DNA of 64,000 nt. Source: Squalus acanthias (Eukaryota). Positions 26,406 to 36,819 of this stretch are shown piece after piece. The stretch is from NCBI GenBank assembly GCA_030390025.1, contig JASTWF010000333.1:372001-436000 (forward strand), read 5' to 3'. A program made the position numbers and the translations under genes. The notes under the pieces were generated by a model that ran no database searches, had not been told where the DNA came from, and was given only the letters and a program-made list of their open reading frames with translations. Position 1 is the first letter of the stretch. Each line of letters opens with the position of its first letter.

Positions 26406-26734
26406 TTCCAACACTCCTATACACGTGGCAGAGGTTAATTGAGACATAATTGTATGAAGCCCCAAAGACAGGGAGGAGACAATATGAAAAAGTCCAGAAT
26501 TAAAGTCTGAGCATCAACAGGCTGTAGTGGAATTAAATCCACTTGTAGACAAGGTGGAGGCAGCTTCAAGCAGCCACCAAACAATAAGCAGTGTTGCCTA
26601 GGTTCGGTGTCAGTGGAGAAGAGTGGGTGAATCAAGGGGCCACTGGAGGAGCAGAGTATCAGCTGAGATGCTGGTAAAAGTTAAAACTGAAGAGTGTGGT
26701 GGATTCAGAGAGCTGCTGTGGAAAGAGTTGACCA

Positions 26735-27576
26735 GCACTAAGTTAGGTGGCACAGTAAATAATGTAGATGGAAGCAGAAAGTTGCAATGGCAAATTAAAT
26801 GAGTGGGCAAAACTGTGGCAAATGGAGTTCATTGTGGGTAAGTGTGAGGTCATCCACTTTGGACCCAAGAAAGATAGATCAGAGTATTTTCTAAATGTTG
26901 AGAAGCTGGGAACTGTGGATGAGCAGAGAGATTTAGGGCTCCAAGTACAGAAATCACTAAAAATTTGTGGACAGGTACCAAAAAATAATTTAAAAGACTA
27001 ATGGAATGTTGGCCTTTATCATAAGGGTGCTGGAATATAAAGGGGTGGAAGATATGTGGCACCTCAGGCACGAAATGTTGGCCTTGGAGGGCGTGCAGCG
27101 CAGATTCATCAGAATGGTACCGGGGCTAAAAGGGTTAAATAATAAGACAGGTTGGCTAGACTAGGCTTGTATTCCTTTGACTATAGAAGATTAAGGGGTG
27201 ATCTAATTGAGGTGTTTAAGGTGATTAAAGGATTTGATAGGGTAGACAGAGAGAAACTATTTCCTCTGGTGGGGGAGTCCAGAACAAGGGGGCATAACAT
27301 TAAAATTGGAGCTAGGCTGTTCAGGGGTGATGTCAGAAAGAATTTCTTCACACAAAGGGTAGTGGAAATCTGGAAATCTCTCCCCAAAAATCAGTTAAGG
27401 ATAGGTAAATTGAAAATTTCAAAACTGAGATTAATAGATTTTTGTTAGGCAAGGGTAATAAGGGTTACAGAACCAAGGCGGGTAGATGGAGTTAAGATGC
27501 AGATCAGCCATAATCTAATTGAATGGCAGAACAGGCTCAATGGGTTGAATGGCCTATTCCTATTCCTGTTCCTATG
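26735..27576 (+). mobile_element. CR1 LINE 3' fragment
   Basis: ORFs 26768..27001 (WQMEF..KCEVIHFG) and 27152..27448 (RRLRGDLIEVFK), then CR1 3' end. Confidence 0.9.
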
Positions 27577-28024
27577 TAGCAGGCAGCAGTGGCTGAGTTC
27601 AGCAAGAGCAACCTCAAGTGTTAACAGTCACACTAATGGATCCAGTAGACCAGGCATGGAGCAATGGCAAACAAGGAACCAAGAGAAGCAATGATTGGGG
27701 AGTCATGGGAAGGGAGAACAACTTGGATGAGGAAGATGGTCCGAAGAACAGCTGTAGAATGGAAAGGAATACATGAGGCCAGGAGGAGCAGCAGAAGCCT
27801 GAGGAGGCAATCCAAGTCAGTCCAGTGAAGGGTGATGGAGAAGTTCTGAAGGGAGAGCTGAACATAGCAGTGTCAGCGGTCATGGGATGTGAGCAGGGAG
27901 TGGCAGGTCAGAGATCATTCAACAGCAGGGATAGGAACAGGATAGGAGCTAGTGGGAGCAGATCAAAGTCAGCCCAGAGGTGAATGGAGAGTCAAGTAAA
28001 ATTAAGTCAAGGATAAGTCAAAAT

Positions 28025-29195
28025 TTCCTCCAATTGAACGTTGGGAAATCTAAAACTATCATTTTTATCCCCACCATAATATCAATTTCCTTGCCACTGA
28101 CTCTATTCCCCTCCCTGGTCACTCACTATAGTTGAACCGGTCCATGTGAAAACTTGGAGCGCTGTTCAAAACCCACATTTCATCCATTACTAAGACTGCT
28201 TATTTCTGTCTCCATCACCTACAACCTTAGGAATTTACAGCAGAGAAGGAGGACGTTCACTTCATCTTGTCCTTGCCAGCTCTTTCCTAGAGCAATCCAA
28301 AACTACTCTTGCTGCCCCACTCTCTCCCCATAGACCTGTCTCTTCCTCTTCTTCAAATATTTAATAGAACTACAGAAGTTCTTTTTGTCAATCTCATCAA
28401 ACCCACCGAACAGGTGGCCGTGCCTGTCAGCCCAGTAGCGAGCAGAGAACAGGTCCACTTGGCCCATCACCCACCTCTGCCTCTACCTTAGCCCCATCAC
28501 TATTGAAAGCCTTATCCATGCTTTTGTCACCTCTAGACTCAATTTATTCCACTGTCCTCCAATCCTCCTATCCTCCACCCTCCAGAAGCTCTAACTTGTC
28601 CAAAACGTACCCTCTCATATCCTATCCTATGCTAAGTTCCCCATACCCTTTAACCTCGCATTCGCTGACCTACATTGGTTCCTAACACATTGGAGATAAT
28701 TTTCAACTTTGCCACGTGGGGGAGCAATGGAATGGGAGTCAGGCGGGTTCTACAACAGGTGGGTAATCCAGTCCACCATGTTATTGCCAAAGTGGGAAAG
28801 TTGAAAATGACCTCCATTAGATTAAAAATCCTCAGTCCTCATCTCAAATCCTTCAATGGCCTCATCCCATCCTATCTCTGCTAACTCCTTGAGCCTTATA
28901 TCCGCCCCCCACACCCTTCAGTTCTCGAACTCTGGCACTTTATGCATCCCGTTGGTAGCAGAGCCTTCAGCTGCCTGAGCCCTACTCTCTGGAATTCCGC
29001 CCTAAACCCCTCCATCTCTCCAATTCTCAAAATCCCATCTCTTTGGCCCAGGTTTTGGGCACTTGTTCTAATGCTCACACTGTGGCTCGACATCAGTTCC
29101 TTTATCTCTCTTTATTTATTTTCCCCCCTCTGTAAAGCACTGTGGCACATTTTCTACATTAAAGGCACAACATACGTGCAAGCTGTTGTTGTTAA
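28025..29195 (+). mobile_element. old L2 3' fragment with small nested insertions
   Basis: Degenerate match to 10980-12480 (TCACCTCTAGACT, GCCTTCAGCTGCCT, CTCTGGAATTCC, AAAGGC..GTTGTTGTT tail). Confidence 0.7.
28692..28815. mobile_element. 124-bp Harbinger-type MITE
   Basis: TIRs GGAGATAATTTTCAACTTT / AAAGTTGAAAATGACCTCC, TSD ATT/ATT. Confidence 0.75.
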
Positions 29196-30069
29196 AAGAA
29201 TGAACGAATAAATTGAAGTGCATGGTAAAAAAGAAAAATAATGAGAAATCCTTCCCAGAAATGAAATTGTTAAAATATTACGGATTATATAAGGAATGAC
29301 TAAGTGCGATGACTTTAGGCTATTGAAGATTCCAATACTTTCATCAATCAGCATGAACATCAATCACAGTTCCTCAGAAATCTAATGTAATGCACACCCA
29401 CACACTTCTAACTTAAATAAGATGCATAAAGAACAGTGAATTGCACTAATCTGCAATTTGACTGTATTTAAGAGCCTTAAAGTGAAAAAAGCAGTGCAAT
29501 AAAGGAGAAATTATAATGATGCATTGTTTGTTCCTTTTATTAATTAGGAATTCCAAATTGGTATTTATATTTAAAATAAGAAACTGGTGCATCAATGTGT
29601 TTTATAATATGGTATTACTGTAATAGAAATTGAAGCCTGTTGGTCACGAATATCAAGCTGACCCAGAAAACTCAAACTAGCTAATATAAATGAGCTAATG
29701 TTTGAATTTTATGTCCCTTAATGTAGAATTTGTGCATTATCGTTGTACAAAAATAGTGCAACAGCACAAATGTGTGGTTTTAAACTGAACCAAATGGAAT
29801 AGCAACAAACCCTGTTTACTTCCTCTTCCATCGGTCGAGGAAGTTTGAATCTTTTTGGCTGTTCTTATGTGGTAAATTTAGTTGGATTGGATCAGAATTG
29901 AATTTTCACTTTGAAAGCTTAGTTTTATCCTTTAATAGCTGCTGCCCTGAGAGCTTGCCTATTTAATTTGAATAGAATAAAATCCTATGAAATCTTTGCA
30001 TTATCCAGTGGGATTAAGTGAACAACACTGTTATGTCCCAGTTGCAATTTTGCAGTTTTGGGACTAGAA

Positions 30070-30958
30070 GGGGGAAAAATTCAGTTGGTTGCGCCTCCCA
30101 TTAGCGCCTTAAGAGGGTGCTAATGGGGCGCAAAGCAACTAGCACCCAGGCGCGGCGATGTTTGCGCCGCTCGCGAAATTAACTAGACATTTTGCGGCAG
30201 CGCTAAACACTACCGCCACAATCTACTGCGCCGGCAGATCGTGACGTCAGTCGAGTGCGCAACGCCCCGGTAGTGCCCCGGAGCGGATATTGAGTGGTGC
30301 CCCCTGCCTTACCGCCTGCCGCTAGCAACGACAGGTTGAGGGGAGCGTTTTGCAGTCAGGAAGGGACTGGGGGAGTGCTATTTAAAGGCGACCGCCTCCT
30401 GCCTTTTTTTGTTGGTGACATTTTTGAACCACGCATTCTGAGAGAGAGAGAGACTTCTGGAGAGATTCAACGCTGTGTGCAGGAGTTTTGGGTACTGAGC
30501 AGCACTTTGCAGGTTCATTTTGATTTGCCCTTCCTTGTATCGATTTAGAAGAGACTGTGGGGGCTGCACTCTGAGCTCTTTCCCTGGGCCTCTCCATTGT
30601 TCTTTCCAGCAGATTTGATGTACAGGTCTCTCCAGGCCAAGATTCAAGGCTGCAATGAGCAGGATGTGGATGGAAAGCAAGATCAACCCTCCCCTTTAAG
30701 AACTGGCCAGTGCCATATTGTCTATGTTCCATTGCTGACTGACATCACATGAGCTTCGCCAGCGCTCTGAGTTAGCGCCTCGCTCCTCGGCCTTTGCGCC
30801 TTAAGACAGATGTGTAGCGCCTGATTTAGCGCTCCAATCACCTCCAGGGGCGATAAAAGTCAAGTTTGCAGTCGGAGGCGATAATTAACGGCAGGCACTA
30901 ATCTTTGCGCCAGGCCGATAATTGCGCCCCAAATGGGGCGATACTGAATTTCTCCCCC
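30070..30958 (+). mobile_element. 889-bp Harbinger deletion-derivative MITE
   Basis: TIRs GGGGGAAAAATTCAG / CTGAATTTCTCCCCC, TSD GAA/TAA. Both ends match element 50095-54451. Confidence 0.93.
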
Positions 30959-31212
30959 TAAGAGTTTTGGGACCATTTTTAAGGTCTTAGAATATTCCTT
31001 TTCTGAAGTTTGAACCATTAGAACGTTGAGGCTTAACTTTTAACGATTCAGGGCCTTAAGTGAGTATTATCAAGGCCATGGGAACATTCACGTCCCATCT
31101 TCAGAGTCTGGTAAATAACATCTGGACAGCAGAACATTCATTTTCAGTTGCAATATTGTCTGTCTTTAGATGATTATCTGAATTTCTTTCTTCTGAGGCT
31201 GGCTAGGGCTGC

Positions 31213-31510
31213 CTACTGCCATAATTGCAAAGGCTACCACTCTCTTCATGTGCAGTTGGTGTGTGACCACACCCAGCACATCATGATGGTGAATGCACAG
31301 TATCCTGGCAGCAGTCATGATGACTTCATCCTGTGCCAGACCGCTGTACCAGCAATCTTCCAGCCACCACGTCGAACAGGAAGGTGGCTGCTCGGTGACA
31401 AGGGCTATCCGCTCTATACCTGGCTGATGACACTCTTCCTTAACCTCACCACTCATGGCCAACAACCATATAATGATAGCCATGTTGCCACGAGGAACCT
31501 CATCGAGGTT
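31213..31510 (+). pseudogene. Harbinger transposase fragment
   Basis: [49 protein letters not shown]. Confidence 0.9.
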
Positions 31511-31809
31511 GTCCAACAACGGTTCCTTGTCTGCATAGAGTGATTTTAAATGCAGTGCTTTTAAACAGAGTGTTAAAGTTGGGAATTTGGAAAGAGCAGC
31601 AGTCTCTGGTAAGTACTGGGTGAGTCTGGGTGAGTACTAGCTGTAGAAAGTGAAATTTAGTTTAACATTTTGAATTTAACTTCGAACTTTAAAAACTGTA
31701 GTTAACAGAAACCACTGGTCAGTGGCAGTTAATGTCAGTCAGCTGTAAGTGCTTGTCTTGAATAGGTGCTAATTACTATGAGCAGGGAGCTGAGACAGCA
31801 CTTGTAACT

Positions 31810-32086
31810 TGCCGCCGGCCTGCCTGCCTCTCTTCCGCGGCTATGTTCGCGCCCAAATGGCCCTGGAGATGGAGCACGCGGTGTCCACCGGCACGCTCGA
31901 GGTGTTTTGCGACCGGTGGGCACCGCAGTGACTGGAGTACATCATCACCATCGAGAATAAAATTTTAATTTAATTTGTTAAGTTTCCTTTAAAGTTTTTT
32001 GTTACGTTACAGTTTTTATATTGGTTGTGCCCCTTTAAAAAGGGGGCACATGGTTGACTGTAAATTGGCAATTGCCACATGAAGAA
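31810..32086 (+). mobile_element. Tx1-like non-LTR retrotransposon 3' end, copy 1
   Basis: Translates CLPLFRGYVRAQMALEMEHAVSTGTLEVFCDRWAPQ*LEYIITIENKILI*, resembling Tx1-clade ORF2 C-termini. 3' stem-loop GTGCCCCTTT-AA-AAAGGGGGCAC. Confidence 0.7.
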
Positions 32087-32104
32087 GAGTCAGCACTTGT
32101 AACT

Positions 32105-32367
32105 CGCTGACTGCCTGCCTCTCTTCCGCGGCTACGTTTGTGGCCGGGTGGCCCTGGAGAGGGAGCACTCGAGCAGGCTCGAGGCCTTCCACGACCAGTG
32201 GGCACCGGAGGGACTGGAGTGCATCATCACCACCAGAATAACATTTTAATTTGATTTGTTAAGGTTCCTTGTAAATTTATGCTAATTTACAGTCTTTATT
32301 GGTTGAGCCCCTTTAAAAAGGGGGCACGTGCTTAACTTTAAACAGGCACCAGCCTGTGATAAAGAAA
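32105..32367 (+). mobile_element. Tx1-like non-LTR retrotransposon 3' end, copy 2
   Basis: Diverged homolog of 31810-32086 (DCLPLFRGYV..VALEREH..LEAFHDQWAPEGLECII), same stem-loop, different tail. Confidence 0.7.
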
Positions 32368-32580
32368 GATTCAGCACTTGTAACTCGGGTGTGGCTCCAA
32401 GGGTATAAAAGTAAACACTATCTGCTGGCGCACAGAGTGATCTTAAATAAAGTGCTTCTAAACAGAGTGTTAAAGTGCGGTATTTTGACAGAGTGGGAAT
32501 TCGGAGCAAGGGGGAAGGAGGTACTGCTTTTTGCCTCCAATACTTGTAGTGCTTTGTGTTACAGGTAAATATTTAATTTC

Positions 32581-34789
32581 ATAGAAACATAGAAGTTGGA
32601 GCAGGAGTAGGCCATTCGGCCCCTCGAGCCTGCTCCGCCATTCAATGAGATCATGGCTGATCATCCAAACTCAGTACCCTGTACCTGCCTTCTCCCCATA
32701 TCCCTTGATACCTTTAGCTTTAAGAAATATATCTAACTCATTCTTGAATATATTTAATGACTTGGCCTCAACTACCTTCTGTGGTAGAGAATTCCACAGG
32801 TTCACCACTCTCTGGGTGAAGAAATTCTTCCTCATTTCTGTCCGAAATGGCTTACCCCTTATCCTTAGATTATGACCCCTGGTTCTGGACTCTCCGACCA
32901 TCGGGAACATTCTTCCTGCATCTAGTTTGTCCAGACCTGTCAGAATTTTATATGTTTCGATGAGATCCCCTCTCATTCTTCTATACTCCAGCGAGTATAA
33001 GCCCAATTGACCCAATCTCTCCTCATATGTCATTCCTGCCATCCCAGGTATCAGCCTTGTGAATCTTCGCTGAACTCCCTCCATGGCAAGAACATCCTTC
33101 CTCAGATAAGGCGACCAAAACTGCACACAATACTCAAGGTGTGGTCTCACCAAGGCCCTGTACAACTGCAGCAGGACATCCCTGTTCCTATACTCAAACC
33201 CTTTCGCTATGAAGGCCAACATACCATTTGCCTACTTCACCGCCTGCTGCACCTGCATGCTTACCTTCAGCGACTGGTGCACAAGGACACCCAGGTCTCG
33301 TTGCACTTCCCCTTCTCCCAATCTATTGCCATTCAGATAATAGTCTGCCTTTCTGTTTTTGACACCAAAGTGGATAACCTCGCATTTATCCACGTTATAT
33401 TGCATCTGCCACGCTTCTGCCGACTCACCCAACCTGTCCAAATCATCCTGGAGTTTCTCGGTATCCTCCTCGCAGCACACACTCCCACCCAGCTTTGTGT
33501 CATCTGCAAACTTGGAGATATTGGGCCGAAAATTGATCCCGCGTACTCTCGCGTATTCCCACTCCAATTGCCGGTTTTCTGCATGCCCTGCGCATGCGCT
33601 GAAAACCGGCAATTGCTCTTCTGAAAAGGGGGCGGGTCCTGGGTGCATCGCGTGCGCGCTACAGGCTGCGCGCACGCTGTGCACTTCATGCTTTGGACGC
33701 GCAGGTAAGTACTGAAGATTTTGGAAATGTAAAAAGGAGGAGTAAGACCCGCTTTTAAGAAGGTAAGTAGTGAATTAAGTATTTTTTTGATTTTTTTTTT
33801 ACAGTTATATCTTTTTTAGAGACTTTAAAGACAGGTAAGTTTATTTTTATAACTTTTTAAAAGATTTTAAATTTTTTCAAAAATTTAATTTTTTATTTAA
33901 AATGGTTAATTTAATTAACTATACTTATTTTATTAATGTGATGGTTTTTTTTTATTTAATTGAGGTTTAGCTGTTATTTTGGGGGGGTGTAAGATTCATA
34001 GATTTCACAGCAGGTCTGTGAAACTTATGAATGGAAGATGGTGTGCTGCCATTGGCTCTAACTGAGTCACGTGATCCCACAGCTCGCACGAATTCACTAC
34101 GCCGCTGGGATACGCAAGCCCAGCACAGCTGATGTCTGGAACATCAAGTTCGTGCGAGCTGGATCTGAAAAAGCACAAGCGAGGTGAGACATCGCGGGGA
34201 AGGCTTACCCCCGCGGGAACAGAGCGAGATCAATTTCTGGGCCATTACATTTAGTTCCCTTATCTAGATCATTAATGTATATTGTGAATAGCTGGGGTCC
34301 AAGGACTGATCCCTGCGGTACCCCGCTAGTCACTGCTTGCCACTTGGAAAAAGACCCATTAATTCCTACTCTTTGCTTTCTGTCCACCAACCAGTTCTCT
34401 ATCCAAGTCAATACCTTGCCCCCAATCCCATGTGCCTTAACTTTACATGCTAATCTCTTATGCGGGACCTTATCGAAAGCCTTTTGAAAGTCCAAATACA
34501 CCACATCTACTGGTTCTCCCTTATCTATTTTCCCAGTTACATCCTCAAAAAATTCCAGTAGATTAGTCAAGCACGATTTACCTTTTGTAAATCCATGTTG
34601 ACTTTGTCTGATCCTGTCACTGTTTTTCAAGTGCTCAGCTATTACATCCTTTATAATGGACTCTCGCATTTTCCCCACTACCGATGTCAGGCTTACCGGT
34701 CTGTAATTCCCCGCTTTCTGTCTACCACCCTTTTTGAATAGTGGGGTAACATTAGCTACCCTCCAATCCATGGGTACAGTTCCAGATTC
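32581..34789 (-). mobile_element. CR1 LINE 3' fragment (RT to 3' end), split by a MITE
   Basis: ORFs 34205..34771, 33232..33684 ([12 protein letters not shown]) and 32671..33222. (ATAGAAAC)n tail at 32581. Confidence 0.95.
33523..34243 (+). mobile_element. 721-bp Harbinger-type MITE with AT-rich core
   Basis: TIRs GGGCCGAAAATTGATC / GATCAATTTCTGGGCC, TSD ATT/ATT. Removal restores the CR1 peptide TKCNISKFADD. Confidence 0.9.
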
Positions 34790-36819
34790 CTATAACTTAA
34801 ACTAGATCTATTAATTAGTTAAGAACTAAACTATAAGCTGAGTTAACTAAATACATTGAGCTTTAATTAATTAAATATCTAAAACAAGGTAATATAGGGA
34901 TGCAGTGCAAGTGGTGAGCTGCAACTGCAGTATGTGGGAGTTTGTGGAGAGCATCGCGATCCCGGACGACCACGTATGCAGTAAGTGTCTCCATCTCGAG
35001 GAACTTCAGTTCACAGTTGTTGATCTGGAGTCCGAGGTGCAGACTTTGCGGGGCATCAGGGAGGGGGAGAGTTATCTGGACACTTTGATCCAGGAGGCAT
35101 TCACACCCCTTAGGTTAGGTGATGGTACAGGTCTGGTTAGTGGTCAGGGAAAGGAGGGTGTGAATGCAACTCAGGCAGAATGGGACCCCAGGTGCAGTGC
35201 TCGAGGAGCCTCGGCCTTTCACCTTATTCAACAGGAATGAGGTTTTTGCTGCCTGCGTGGTTGAGGGCAAAGTCTGCAGGGTGGATGAGCAAACTGACCA
35301 CGGCACCATGCTACAGAAGGCCATTCAAGTAGGGGCAGTGAAAAGGAATGTTTTAGTGGTAGGGAACAGTATTGTCAGGGGTATAAATACTGTGCTCTCC
35401 AGCCATGACCGAGAGTTGCGAAGGCTGTGTTGTCTGCCTGATGTCAGGGTGAAGGATATCGCCTCATAGCCGGTGAAAAATGAGGTTCTGCTGAGAGAGT
35501 TTGAAGAGCTAGGGTCCAAATTAAAACGCAGAACCTCAAAGGTAATAATCTCTGGATTGTGACTTGAGCCACACGCCAATTGGCATAGGGACAAGCATAT
35601 CAGAGAGTTAAATGCGTGGCTCAAAGAGTGGTGTGGGTTTTGCTTCATGGGGCACTGGCATCAGTACTGGGGAAAGAGGGAACTGTTCCATTGGAACAGG
35701 CTTCCCTTAAACCAGGCTGGGACCAGTGTCCTGGTCAATCAAATAACTGTGGCTGTAGATAGGGCTTTAAACTAAAAAGTGGGGGGGCGGGGAAAGGGGT
35801 CAGATGAGGGGAAATTTAGAAATCTAAAGAGAAAAGTCAAGGCAACGGAACAGCGTAGCAATTTGGGTAAAGATAAACAGACTGTGACAGGAAGGGACAG
35901 AGTTTAATGGTAATAGTGCATCAGCGAATAAGGCGAAAGCAGGGAATAATGGTAAAAAGTTAAAATTAAAGGCTCTTTATCTGAATGCATGAAGCATTCA
36001 TAACAAGATAAATGAATTAGTGGCACAAATAGGAATACATGAGTTTGATCTAATAGCCATTACAGAGACGTGGTTGCAAGGTGACCAAGGTTGGGAACTA
36101 AGTATTCCAGGGTACTTGACATTTCGAAAAGACAGGCAGAATGGAAAAGGAGGGGCGATCGCCCTGATAATAAAGGATGACCTAAGGTCATTAGTGAGAA
36201 AGGATCTTGGCTCGGAAGATCAGGAAGTACAATCAGTATGGGTGGAGATAGAAATAACAAGGGGCAGAAAACATTTGCGGGAGTAGTTTTTAGGCCCCCA
36301 AAAAATAGCTATACCATTGGACAGAGAATTAATCAACAAATAATAGGAGCTTGTAACAAAGATAATAAAATAATCGTGGGGGACTTTAATCTTCATATAG
36401 ACTGGGCAAATCAAATTGGCAAAGGTAGTCTGGAGGATAAGTTCATGGAATGCATTCAAGACAGTTTCCTAGAATAATACATCATGGAACCAACCAGGGA
36501 ACAGGTTATTTTAGGTCTTGTATTGTGTAATGAAACAGGGTTAATTAGTAATCTCATAGTAAAGGATCCTCTGGGGAAGAGTGATCATAATGTGATGAAA
36601 TTTCACATTGAGTTTGAGAGTGAAATACTTCAGTCGGAAATGAGAATCTTAAACTTAAATAAATTCAATTACATAGGTATGAGGTGTGAGTTGGCTAAGG
36701 TAGATTGGAAAATTAGATTAAAAGATATGACGGTAGATAAGCAATGGCAAACATTAAAGAAACATTCCAAAATTCTCAATGAATATACATTCCATTGAGA
36801 AATAAAAATTTCACGGGAA

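Larger units (their letters stand above)
31525..36815 (+). mobile_element. 5' half of a CR1 LINE (probable 5' UTR, ORF1, endonuclease) with nested insertions
   Basis: ORF1 Cys/His motif CNCSMWE..HVCSKC (34905..), GNSIVR esterase remnant, endonuclease IAITETWL, VGDFN, GKSDH (36020-36798). Assignment of 31525-32580 as its 5' region is inferred. Confidence 0.75.

Noticed and set aside
29800..31210. Coding-looking unique sequence on - around the MITE
   Set aside because: Stops in all frames and no convincing splice-site pair.
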